A stretch of 64,000 nucleotides of DNA from an uncultured Gammaproteobacteria bacterium (GTDB taxonomy: Bacteria; Patescibacteriota; Microgenomatia; UBA1406): positions 16,357 to 80,356 of the forward strand of contig CAYPVH010000006.1 of NCBI GenBank assembly GCA_964414145.1, written 5' to 3'. The notes below the pieces were generated by a model. It saw only the letters and a list, made by a program, of their open reading frames with translations. It searched no databases and was not told where the DNA came from. Position numbers and translations under genes: made by a program. How positions within the stretch are numbered: position 1 is the first letter of the stretch; each line of letters starts with the position of its first letter. Of the stretch, positions 1 to 9,145 are shown one piece after another.

Positions 1-89
1 AAAAAGTTGGGCTGGAACACTCTGCTTTACAATACTGCCAACCCGGTTTTGTCTAGTAAAAAAGTTGAACAAGTTTTACAATTGTAACA

Positions 90-950
90 ATGACTTGGCC
101 AATATTAGCTGCAATTTCGATATTTTCCGTTTCAATTGCCAGCGTTATACAGAAAGTATTGATGACCAACAAGAAAAGCGATTCAATCACTTATTCAATT
201 GTTTTTCAATTTTTGTTAGGTGTAATTTTTACCGTTTATGTTTTATTTGTGGGTTTTAAAATGCCCCCGCTTGCCAAATACCCTTTTAACTACTTTGTTA
301 GCACACTTTTTTGGGGGCTGGCAACCTTTCTTTCATTTCAAGCGTTAAAATATATTTCTGCTTCACTTTTTTTAATTGTTGGTTCGTTTAGCACTCTTGT
401 AACTATGGTGGCTTCAGCAATATTTTTAAATGAACAAATATTTGGTAGGTACATAATTGGGGCAATATTAATATTACTGTCTGTTTATATAGTTTCTCGG
501 TTAAATAGTGACAAATCTGAAAATAAAAACCAAACCAAAGGCGTTTTGCTTACGCTTCTTATGGCGCTCTGCGGCGGATTAGCAGTTACCAATGATGTAT
601 TTTTGTTAAGAACCGCCGATACCGCTTCGTATTTAGCGGTTATGACATATTTGCCCGGAGTGGTTCTTTTATTATTAGCCCCAAAAAGCATTAAAAAGCT
701 GGCAACTTTTGCCCAGCCGGCAGTTTTGGGAAATATGCTAATTTTTTCGCTCTTTTACGCCGGGCAAGCTATTACATATTATATGGCGGTTAACGCCGGA
801 GCTAATCTTTCTCAAATGGCACCTATTTCGAAAGCCAGTATTGTAATTGCCGTTATACTTGAAGTAATATTTTTGAGAAACACCAAAAATATACCTGCTA
901 AATTACTGGCAACTGTTTTATTAATGTTGGGGATTTTGTTTTTAAGGTAA
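90..950 (+). CDS. EamA/DMT family transporter
   Basis: 286 aa, about 10 hydrophobic segments in two repeats; FLNE and IGAILIL motifs typical of DMT. Confidence 0.85.
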   Translation: MTWPILAAISIFSVSIASVIQKVLMTNKKSDSITYSIVFQFLLGVIFTVYVLFVGFKMPPLAKYPFNYFVSTLFWGLATFLSFQALKYISASLFLIVGSFSTLVTMVASAIFLNEQIFGRYIIGAILILLSVYIVSRLNSDKSENKNQTKGVLLTLLMALCGGLAVTNDVFLLRTADTASYLAVMTYLPGVVLLLLAPKSIKKLATFAQPAVLGNMLIFSLFYAGQAITYYMAVNAGANLSQMAPISKASIVIAVILEVIFLRNTKNIPAKLLATVLLMLGILFLR

Positions 951-967
951 AAAGGTATTTTTTGTTA

Positions 968-1462
968 TTAGCTCTGAACTTGGATACGTTTGTATAAATC
1001 ATAGGCGCTCCCCTCTTCCCCAGTTGGTGGCTGAAAAACCTGAAAATTCTTTTTTAACGTTTCTTTACTAACAAAGAACTCGTTAGTTTGACTATTTCTT
1101 TTGTTAACCCGTTGCCAAAGTACATTGAATGGCGTGTCTAAAAAATGCAGTTCTACTTTTGCGCCAAGCTTTTTTGCAATTTTAAGATAACCGCTTCTCT
1201 CAGACCGCGACCAAAAACCATTTTCAAGAATTACGGTTACCCCAAGTTTTAACAGCTTTTGTGCTTCTTTCCACAGAAGTTGTTCAACCGGGTCCCTTAG
1301 CCGGTGTAATTCAACCATATCTGTTGGGTCTTTAAGTACACCCATAACCCAGTCATCCGGGCAAAAACGATGAGCCTTCCGTTCAACAGCAAGCTTTTTT
1401 GAAAGGGTTGTTTTGCCGGCGCCAGGTAAGCCGCAAATTAGTATTAATGTTCCTTTTTGCAT
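968..1462 (-). CDS. AAA_33-type P-loop nucleotide kinase
   Basis: N-terminal LILICGLPGAGKTT Walker A, VILENGFW, R-x3-R lid. Confidence 0.85.
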   Translation of the reverse strand: MQKGTLILICGLPGAGKTTLSKKLAVERKAHRFCPDDWVMGVLKDPTDMVELHRLRDPVEQLLWKEAQKLLKLGVTVILENGFWSRSERSGYLKIAKKLGAKVELHFLDTPFNVLWQRVNKRNSQTNEFFVSKETLKKNFQVFQPPTGEEGSAYDLYKRIQVQS

Positions 1463-1654
1463 AACAAAAATTATACCTAAAAAAACAGTAAAAATGCGTG
1501 TTCTGCAGTTTGCTAAATAGCGCCCTTGTAAACCTCGTAGGTTTGCTGGGGCTTTGTTTATTATTTAAACAACTGGCTACAAACGCCTAGCTGCATTTTT
1601 AATGATATCTAGTATCGTTTTCTCTAGATAGTATCCTGTAGTATAATATGTGAT

Positions 1655-2029
1655 ATGACAAAAGAAGTCCCTCAGCTATTTTTAGTAGACGATGATCCAG
1701 AGGTACTTGAGCTATTGGCAATGGTTCTTGAACCAGATAACCATATTGCACTAGTTGCGTCAGCTGTTGGCACGGCACTAAGACTTATTCCAGACCAAGT
1801 AATAGAATTGGGAATAGATGTGGCCATAATTGACGGGGGTCTTTTAGATGGCCGAGGAGAAGAAGTGGCTACTGCCCTAAGGGAATGTATAAAAGCAGGC
1901 ACACTGCCGGCAATAGGGATAATCGGTTATTCTTTGGATAAAGTTAGTTTTGGAGATAAAAACCTAAAAAAAGGAAGACCAACAACTGAATTAAAAAATG
2001 CTATTGCTAGTCTAATTTTACAAAAATAA
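1655..2029 (+). CDS. Single-domain response regulator (receiver)
   Basis: LFLVDDD acidic pocket, VAIID phospho-acceptor, IIGYS, conserved Lys; TATAAT just upstream. Confidence 0.75.
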   Translation: MTKEVPQLFLVDDDPEVLELLAMVLEPDNHIALVASAVGTALRLIPDQVIELGIDVAIIDGGLLDGRGEEVATALRECIKAGTLPAIGIIGYSLDKVSFGDKNLKKGRPTTELKNAIASLILQK

Positions 2030-2088
2030 TAAGTAGATTATTGAACTTAGTACAGGATTATGAGAGTTTCAAAAGGTTTGATATAATA

Positions 2089-2643
2089 ATGCCTATGATA
2101 GAGGCTGTTGCAAACCATGAAAAAAGATTTGATGGAATTATTCGTGATATTCGGGCTACTGATATTCCCCAACTGATTCCAATTCTTGAAACATGGATAA
2201 GGAATAGAGTTACGGGCCAACTTGAAAAAGAAGAGATACAAGAAATACTAGAAGCTATAGACATATTCTTTACTAATGGAAATAAAAGACGGTTCTTTGT
2301 TGCCGAACTTAACCCAGATATAGTGATTGGTTTAATAGATTGTGGGCCAGCGAGAGAAAATATGGCAGTATATGCGATTACTCCTAACCCAGCTGAAATA
2401 TTTAATGCATACGTAGCTAAAGAACACAGAGGGGGGAAGGGAGTAGGAAAAGCACTAGTAAATAGAGTTGTTCAATGGGCTACTACTGAAGGCTATACAG
2501 AGCTACTCCTGAATAGCGGGCCAAGATATAGGTTTTCTGGTTGGCCAGCCTGGACCAGAATATTTGGCAAACCCATTACGGTAGCAGAAGATTATTACGG
2601 TGAAGGCGCGCACGCACCTGTATGGAGTAAAATTTTGAGTTAA
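2089..2643 (+). CDS. GNAT family acetyltransferase
   Basis: YVAKEHRGGKGVGKAL motif A; start moved from TTG 2041 to ATG 2089 (2095 also possible). Confidence 0.8.
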   Translation: MPMIEAVANHEKRFDGIIRDIRATDIPQLIPILETWIRNRVTGQLEKEEIQEILEAIDIFFTNGNKRRFFVAELNPDIVIGLIDCGPARENMAVYAITPNPAEIFNAYVAKEHRGGKGVGKALVNRVVQWATTEGYTELLLNSGPRYRFSGWPAWTRIFGKPITVAEDYYGEGAHAPVWSKILS

Positions 2644-3266
2644 TAGGAAACTTTTTTTGTTATTCCATAAACATCAACTAAAGAAAGTTTATTATTGCTG
2701 TGCTTAATTTTAATATAGCCGGTGTTTTTTATTGAACCATAGGGCAGTTGATTAAAGCTGGCAAACTTTAAATGCACAAGCAAAGAAAGCATAACGTTTG
2801 CATGAGTAACAACCAAAACATTTTTTTTAGTTACTGCGCCTGCAACGCTTGTTAAATATTTTAAAACCCGCGCTAAGGTTTCGTGAAGAGATTCCATATT
2901 GTCAACAATTTTAAATAAAAGCTGTTCTTTACCGGAAAGACTGGTAAACAAGTTGTAACGTTCTCCATGCATTTCCATCATTTCTTTACCTGTTAAGCCC
3001 TCAAGAGCACCAAAATGGCGTTCGCGCAAGTGAGGTGTTTTTATTGCCGGGATTCCCTTTTTTTTAGCAATTATTTTTGCCGTATGCGAAGCACGAGCTA
3101 AATTAGAGGTGTGGATTTCTGTTATATCTATTGAGTTAAGTAAATCAGCAAGTAATTCTGCCTGATCAATACCTTTTTTTGTGAGCGGTGGGTTTGTGCC
3201 AATTATATCGCCATTAACATTGCCTTCCGATTCGCCGTGACGAATAACATAAAAATACGTGCTCAT
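2640..3266 (-). CDS. Histidine phosphatase (phosphoglycerate mutase-like)
   Basis: RHGE motif, LRERHFG, VVTHA. Confidence 0.9.
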   Translation of the reverse strand: MSTYFYVIRHGESEGNVNGDIIGTNPPLTKKGIDQAELLADLLNSIDITEIHTSNLARASHTAKIIAKKKGIPAIKTPHLRERHFGALEGLTGKEMMEMHGERYNLFTSLSGKEQLLFKIVDNMESLHETLARVLKYLTSVAGAVTKKNVLVVTHANVMLSLLVHLKFASFNQLPYGSIKNTGYIKIKHSNNKLSLVDVYGITKKVSY

Positions 3267-3278
3267 TTACTATTAAAT

Positions 3279-3800
3279 TTAAACTTTACTTTTAGCAACA
3301 AGTTCTTGTATTTTTGAATATATGATTTTGGGATCTTTAATATCTGCAATTGTTATTCCACTTTGATTTATTTTGTCTGTCATATTTATTGCCGGCGTAG
3401 ATATGACAATAGTACCCAAGTTATGTTTTTTTTGGATTGGTCCTCTTCTTAGGCTTATTTCTTTAATATCACTATACTTTATTGTTTTTTCTTCTACAGT
3501 AATAAAGCCTTCGAAAAATTCTAAATGATCTGAATAAAAATTATAGTTAATTGCCTCGTAACTTTTCTTTTTGCTAATGAAGGCCAGAAAAGGTACACCA
3601 AAAAAGAATAAAGAACCGAAAAAAGCAAATGTAGACCAGCCCGGCAAGTTTGGAAATAATGCTTGCCTAATCATAAAAGTAAAACCACCAAAAAACATTG
3701 CACCCCATAATGTTAGAAATAACTGAATGGGCAATATAGTTAATATAGTTTGGGATGGCAGAAAAACTGGTTTTAAGGTAAAGAGCGGTTTGTTTTGCAT
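3279..3800 (-). CDS. Membrane protein with bacterial PH (bPH_2) domain
   Basis: Two TM helices then GFIT..I.YSDIKEI...GPIQK..NLGTI.I pattern. Confidence 0.75.
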   Translation of the reverse strand: MQNKPLFTLKPVFLPSQTILTILPIQLFLTLWGAMFFGGFTFMIRQALFPNLPGWSTFAFFGSLFFFGVPFLAFISKKKSYEAINYNFYSDHLEFFEGFITVEEKTIKYSDIKEISLRRGPIQKKHNLGTIVISTPAINMTDKINQSGITIADIKDPKIIYSKIQELVAKSKV

Positions 3801-4154
3801 TTGTATATTATAGCAAACTTAAACTCTTATGAGTTTTGTTATTTTCGGATATATAACTATTACAAAATATATTGATAATTCTGCGTTTATCTTGGCAATA
3901 TTAGGAACGTAATAAATCCTTCGGATTTAAACGTTCTATAGCATAATCTCTAAACTCTCCTTCGCTCTCTAGGACATGACTATGGTCTATCCCGCTTTCG
4001 CTTTCGTCCAGCGGACTTTGTCCGCCGTAGCCTGTAAATATGCCCGCCGTATTCGTGAACAAGCCTTATGGGTTTTATTCGAACACGGCTTGTTCTCTCA
4101 TTTACTGGCGGGCACTGTTGTTTCTAAGCTCGATTACTCGCTAAGAAACATCAG

Positions 4155-4192
4155 TGCGGAGCAGTTAGGTCTAGCACCCTTGTGTCCTGATA
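4155..4192. repeat. Distal att junction: core TGCGGAG (4155-4161) + 31-bp arm B
   Basis: 35/38 identical to 24056-24093; core matches the tRNA-Ser 3' end at 25301-25307. Confidence 0.85.
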
Positions 4193-4282
4193 ACTGCTAA
4201 GTGCATTCCTCTATTATTTTAGCAATTTTATGTACTTATAACCGAGACAAATGGGACAGTATAAAAAAGAAGTTAAATTATA

Positions 4283-4320
4283 AAGTGTGTATTGACACAC
4301 ACGCACACTTATAATAAAAT
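4283..4320 (+). promoter_or_regulatory. Sigma70 promoter with overlapping inverted repeat
   Basis: TTGACA (4292-4297) - 17 bp - TAAAAT (4315-4320); AAGTGTG (4283)...CACACTT (4304) straddles the -35. Confidence 0.65.
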
Positions 4321-4329
4321 AGTGGCTAC

Positions 4330-5490
4330 ATGACAAACACAAAAGTACAAGTCTTAAAAACAGAAAGGGAGGATGGATATAGAATCTTTACTCTTTCACT
4401 TGAGGATGAATCCAACAACAAACGTGAATATCAGATTTACGTCTTTGATAATGACTTCCCCATACAGGAGTCTGACACAACAGAAACAATGCTTCAAGAT
4501 TTTGCCAAGAAACAAATGACTGACTGGTTAAGGGATTCGGATGGAAAATTTCCTAAAGACAAATATCGTGTTCTTGTTAACGGTGGAAGAATCACAACTG
4601 ACAATGTGAACAGCTTTCTGTCAGTACAGAAAAAAACTGCAGATCTTACTCGTACCAACGTAACCATTTCCGCACCTCTATTTGAATGGGCCAAGGCTAA
4701 GGCTAGGAAAGAAAATACTAGCTTTAGTGACTTAGTCTCCAGGGGTTTGCTAACACTTAAAGATTCGGATAAAGAAATTAATGCATGGTACAAAGCTCAA
4801 CGAGTTTTTTTCAATGAAAAACTAGGTGATTTAGGTTCCTTTGAGGTTTTTCATTACCTACCCAACAATTATGAGGTTTTTGACACCGATAAGCTAAAGG
4901 ATGTTCTCCAGAAGGTAGAAGTAAGGCGAACTGGTTGGCCAATTGGAGCGTATCTAACGGGGAGCAATCAGCGACCGTATCCACAACAGGATGGTATTAG
5001 GGCTGAGTATAACCCTACAGATTATCTAAAAGTAGATTACTGGTACGCCAAGAATAAGGGTGAGTTTTATTTTGCTCGGAATTTAGAATCTGACTCTGGA
5101 AATGGCAAAGACAAGCCCAGAACTAGTCTTTATTTTGACACCTTGATTTGGAGAATAGCTGAATCCCTTGAACATTGTCTTGCCTATTATAAAGGGCTAG
5201 AAATAGATGAAGGGGAAAGAGTTAAGATAAAACTATCTCTTGATGGACTCACTGGCAGATCGCTCAGCGCTTGGAATCAAATGAGAGCGTTAACACTAAG
5301 GCACTATGTTTGTGAGTCGGATAGGGCAACGTGGGAAATGGAGATCACGCTCGATGAGTTAGAAAAACAGTTAGATGAGTTGATTTATGACGCTACAAGA
5401 AAACTTTTGGTGATGTTTAACTTTTTTGTTCCCAACAAAGAAGTGGTACAAGATATTCTTAAAAGAGAGTACAGAAAGTCGAATCTTTAA
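4330..5490 (+). CDS. Hypothetical protein with internal ribbon-helix-helix domain
   Basis: RTNVTISAPLFEWAKAKARKENTSFSDLVSRGL is CopG/RHH-like; C-terminal domain (GWPIG) unassigned. Confidence 0.55.
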   Translation: MTNTKVQVLKTEREDGYRIFTLSLEDESNNKREYQIYVFDNDFPIQESDTTETMLQDFAKKQMTDWLRDSDGKFPKDKYRVLVNGGRITTDNVNSFLSVQKKTADLTRTNVTISAPLFEWAKAKARKENTSFSDLVSRGLLTLKDSDKEINAWYKAQRVFFNEKLGDLGSFEVFHYLPNNYEVFDTDKLKDVLQKVEVRRTGWPIGAYLTGSNQRPYPQQDGIRAEYNPTDYLKVDYWYAKNKGEFYFARNLESDSGNGKDKPRTSLYFDTLIWRIAESLEHCLAYYKGLEIDEGERVKIKLSLDGLTGRSLSAWNQMRALTLRHYVCESDRATWEMEITLDELEKQLDELIYDATRKLLVMFNFFVPNKEVVQDILKREYRKSNL

Positions 5491-5491
5491 T

Positions 5492-6322
5492 ATGAAGGCT
5501 AAAAATTATATAACTGCTAAAGCACGTCAAGATATTAGAAAACTAGCAGAATTAATTGGCGAAATCATTCCTGCCACAAGTCTTGGTAATTTTTGTTTCA
5601 AAAAAATCGCTAACCAACGGACATCTACAAAAAAATTCTGGGTTAATGGAAATAATAAGAAAGAACAAATCAGTGTTTTTTTGACCAACTTATACCGTTA
5701 CCACCCAAACCTTATATATAAAATTATTAGAGAGAGTCTTCCAAAAGGAATTGAAAGACGTTATAAAATGGGTAATCCTATTCTCCAAAGTGAAATTGGA
5801 GAACTAAATCAAGCACTTCTAGCACTAAACATAAATCTTTCTAAAGAAATCCATGATCTAAATTTACCAACAGAAAAACCTAAGATTGTTCCACCTCCTC
5901 CTGAATTCCAAAATATAATGAGGAAAATGTCACTTGATGTCAAATTAGAAGAAAATGTAAAACAACTCTACCTAGATGGACATATAAATGAGTCTGTAAG
6001 AAAGTCTCTAGAAATTTACGAAAAAGAAGTACAGGACTTAAGTAGACTAGAATTAATTGGTAAGGATTTAATGATTCGAGCCTTCAATGAAAATAGTCCA
6101 ATTATCTTAGTAGCAGATGTATCTACCAGAAGAGGAAAATCATTTCAAGAAGGTTTTAGATACATCTCGGCAGGGATAATGCTACATTGGCGAAACAAAT
6201 TCAGTCATGGAAATGAGGATCAAATTTCATACATTGATGGTTTTCAATTAATTATGGCAATAAATCAATTAATGTGTGAAATTGAAGTCAACAAAGCTTT
6301 CAAAAATAAAAACTCCTATTAG
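5492..6322 (+). CDS. TIGR02391-like protein (HEPN-like RNxxxH C-terminus)
   Basis: G.DLM..AF, QEGF..I.AG, WRNKFSHG; ATG 5492 directly follows the upstream stop. Confidence 0.7.
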   Translation: MKAKNYITAKARQDIRKLAELIGEIIPATSLGNFCFKKIANQRTSTKKFWVNGNNKKEQISVFLTNLYRYHPNLIYKIIRESLPKGIERRYKMGNPILQSEIGELNQALLALNINLSKEIHDLNLPTEKPKIVPPPPEFQNIMRKMSLDVKLEENVKQLYLDGHINESVRKSLEIYEKEVQDLSRLELIGKDLMIRAFNENSPIILVADVSTRRGKSFQEGFRYISAGIMLHWRNKFSHGNEDQISYIDGFQLIMAINQLMCEIEVNKAFKNKNSY

Positions 6323-6438
6323 AATGGAATTTCATCATCTGATATCTCACTGCTTTCAGAATCTTCGTTTGTATTATTTCTTCCAGTAATTGATTCTGTG
6401 TTATTATTTGATCCTTCTTCTAACTTAAGCTCATTAAA

Positions 6439-7455
6439 TCAATTCTCAATATTTAATAAAGGCTGGAACCATTTAACCAACTTATCTAATTCCTTTATAT
6501 TACTAGGTATTGAGTTATCTGCTATAAATTTTGCCTTATAATACTGATTCCAATAAGCTTCGCCTGATCGTCGTGGATGCTTACCCAAAAAAGAATCATA
6601 AAAAGATTCGTGAATTTCATAATGATGAGTGTGAATAAAATCAGACCATGTTTTACGGAGTTTGTTTTGATCGGAGCCTGGGCGGCAAATTATTTCTGTT
6701 TGTTCCATATTTCTTTCTACAATATCTCCCCATCCTTCTTTTAATAGCTTTATTGCTTCAATATCTGTCTTTGGCGCACTATAGCCAAAAATGCTAACCA
6801 TAAAACATCTTTTCAAAAAACACCGTATTGCATCCCATTCTCGTTGAATAAAATCCCCATCATTATAGTTCTTATTTTCTATTGGATATAACAGTTGTGA
6901 AGGCAAAAAGTAATTTCCACATTTTTTACATTTCCTCCCTATTACACCTCTCTTTTTATCTTTGGAACAATAGCCAACTTGTACATTTCCATGTAAAAAA
7001 AATAATTTAGGGAATTTGGTCACTCCATGTGAAGCTAATCTTATTCTAGATTGCATCAAAAACGGATCCCAATTAAAAGTCGCAATAACATCTTTTTCTC
7101 TCAATGAAAGAGTAATAACATCATATAAATTTGCTTCTCTAGGTAATTTAAGATTATTAAAATATTCTGAAATTTTTTCGTTTATTATCTCTACTTCTTT
7201 AGTATTTCCATTTTTAAATAATTTAGAATAAGCATCTTCAAAATTAACCTCAGACAAGGCTTGTAATTCTGTTGGAAATAAACTTTGAAGTGATAATTGT
7301 TTTGCTAAATCTTTCATCAAAGGAACCGGTTGCCCGTTCTCGTCACCATTATGCAATGCGGCATTATTAACTCCAGCACCAAGAATTAATACATGCGGTT
7401 TACGCATAAATATTTTTCCAATTTCTTCTTTTGCTGATACATTTAGATTATCCAT
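6439..7455 (-). CDS. SIR2-like domain protein
   Basis: VLILGAG, TFNWD, LHG and FGYS motifs in SIR2_2 order; CxxD/CxxC zinc insert. Confidence 0.75.
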   Translation of the reverse strand: MDNLNVSAKEEIGKIFMRKPHVLILGAGVNNAALHNGDENGQPVPLMKDLAKQLSLQSLFPTELQALSEVNFEDAYSKLFKNGNTKEVEIINEKISEYFNNLKLPREANLYDVITLSLREKDVIATFNWDPFLMQSRIRLASHGVTKFPKLFFLHGNVQVGYCSKDKKRGVIGRKCKKCGNYFLPSQLLYPIENKNYNDGDFIQREWDAIRCFLKRCFMVSIFGYSAPKTDIEAIKLLKEGWGDIVERNMEQTEIICRPGSDQNKLRKTWSDFIHTHHYEIHESFYDSFLGKHPRRSGEAYWNQYYKAKFIADNSIPSNIKELDKLVKWFQPLLNIEN

Positions 7456-8530
7456 TCTTTTTTATTAAATGCATTAAATCATCTTCTTGTTCATATGCTT
7501 TCAATCTACCTGTCAATATACCTAATCTGTAATTAACTCCATCACTCATTAGTCTCCAATTCGTATCTTTAAGAGCTGAAATAACCGTTTTCTTCAGTAT
7601 GTTTTGACTATCTCTTTCATGTCTGTCTTCCTTAGTATTGTTTACTGAAAAATCTACTATTACATACTTACCAATATTTGGTTTGCCAAATTGTAAGTCT
7701 TGATAATAATTCTTTGCAAGAGCATTAATTAATGCTCTTTTAACTTGGATAAGTGTAAGTTTCTTAAGTTTTTTTGCTTTAATGTACCTGGGGTCTTTTC
7801 TTTTTTTTTCTAGTCTTTTTTGTTCATTTCTAAAACTCTTTAATCTTTCTATTGTATATACAAATTCATCACCTTCTTTTTTACTTAAGCAAAATTTATC
7901 TCGGTACTTATTAAGTAATTCTTTGTCTTGTTTTTCTTTATCGGCTTGTTCTTTTTCCCATTTCTTGTGATCATCAATCTCTTCTATAATGTAACTACAT
8001 TGAGAACATTCATCCTTCCAAATAGTTTTAGTTTTTAATGTTCTAATAGATTGCTTTAGTACTGAATTACAGCTTGGGCACTTTGGTTTCTCATATATTA
8101 TCCTTTTTCCTAAGTGATTAATAATTATTCCTTCTTTACAATGAGGACATTTTAGAGCAAAGTGAACTTCAAGATTCTCACCAACACTTCCGTGAAGATT
8201 TCTAGCTACATATTCCATCTTTGTTTCACATTTTTCACAGAATCTAGGTGGTGGAGTCGAGCAGTCGTATAGTTCTTGTTTTACCCTATCTCTCTCCATC
8301 CATTCATTAATTATCTTTTCTTTATTACAATATCTCTCTCCTGTATATGCCCAAATTGCAAGATTAAGTACTCTCTCAAGATCCTTTTTATTTTTGTCTA
8401 AAAAATGTTTAAGTGACTTGTATTTTGGATACTTAGAATTCTTAACTTCGTCTATTAAATGAAGAACATACTGGATAGTTCCAAGATCATAGAGTTCCTC
8501 GTAATAACTTCTATCTTTTAAGTATTGCAT
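7448..8530 (-). CDS. Zinc-ribbon hypothetical protein
   Basis: Four CxxC pairs (CEKC, CPHC, CPSC, CSQC); overlaps SIR2-like gene start. Confidence 0.7.
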   Translation of the reverse strand: MQYLKDRSYYEELYDLGTIQYVLHLIDEVKNSKYPKYKSLKHFLDKNKKDLERVLNLAIWAYTGERYCNKEKIINEWMERDRVKQELYDCSTPPPRFCEKCETKMEYVARNLHGSVGENLEVHFALKCPHCKEGIIINHLGKRIIYEKPKCPSCNSVLKQSIRTLKTKTIWKDECSQCSYIIEEIDDHKKWEKEQADKEKQDKELLNKYRDKFCLSKKEGDEFVYTIERLKSFRNEQKRLEKKRKDPRYIKAKKLKKLTLIQVKRALINALAKNYYQDLQFGKPNIGKYVIVDFSVNNTKEDRHERDSQNILKKTVISALKDTNWRLMSDGVNYRLGILTGRLKAYEQEDDLMHLIKKNG

Positions 8531-9123
8531 TAATTTCTTAATTCATAACGATATACTGTACTGTTATCCTTGTCTTCGCTATAAACCTTGATTGAATATT
8601 TAGCTCTGTTTTTGGGATAGAAATGAAAATTCATTTCGTTAAAGAAAATTATTCGGTAGCGATAATTCCCCTTCTCTAGAACCTTATCTAGCTTGATTGA
8701 TAACTCGGAGTTGGAGAAACTACCCTGAGCTTTTGCAAAGTAACGTTTGTCGAGAGTTAGATAGTTATTTTTATATCGCGCCTCACTAATTTTGTAGAAG
8801 TGCAGAATGTAGACATATCTATCTTTGTATTTGCCGAATGTATAAGTACAATCTCTGAATTTGTTTTCTGCCCTATACTTCTCCCCATACCTAATATTTG
8901 AGAGCATTGTAACCCCAAATCCCACAATTTTGGTTTCTAACGAACGCTTTAGGTAATCCTCTCTAGTAACTAATTTTGCCTCAGGGTTCCAAGCTTTGGC
9001 AGAGCTACTAAGAATACTTGAACAGGAAGCTTTGAGTTCGTTGAATTTTCTCGTATCAAAGAACAGAGCTTTTCGAATACGATTCTCAGGCGATAACTTC
9101 TTCCACTGAGTAATGCTTTTCAT
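8530..9123 (-). CDS. Hypothetical protein
   Basis: 197-aa ORF with TAATG coupling to the next gene. Confidence 0.6.
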   Translation of the reverse strand: MKSITQWKKLSPENRIRKALFFDTRKFNELKASCSSILSSSAKAWNPEAKLVTREDYLKRSLETKIVGFGVTMLSNIRYGEKYRAENKFRDCTYTFGKYKDRYVYILHFYKISEARYKNNYLTLDKRYFAKAQGSFSNSELSIKLDKVLEKGNYRYRIIFFNEMNFHFYPKNRAKYSIKVYSEDKDNSTVYRYELRN

Positions 9124-9145
9124 AATTTTATTATATACTCATACT

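Noticed and set aside
1488-1500. AAAATGCG as a fourth att core
   Set aside because: Diverges inside the core (TGCGTG) and neither arm is present.
3976-4200. 74-aa ORF
   Set aside because: Runs through hairpins and across the att junction; no recognisable protein features.
6439-6441. Genome-wide TGA recoding (code 25) explaining the SIR2 extension
   Set aside because: Long genes are intact in code 11 and TGA ends genes with ATGA coupling (19022, 19534, 10554) and tpiA.
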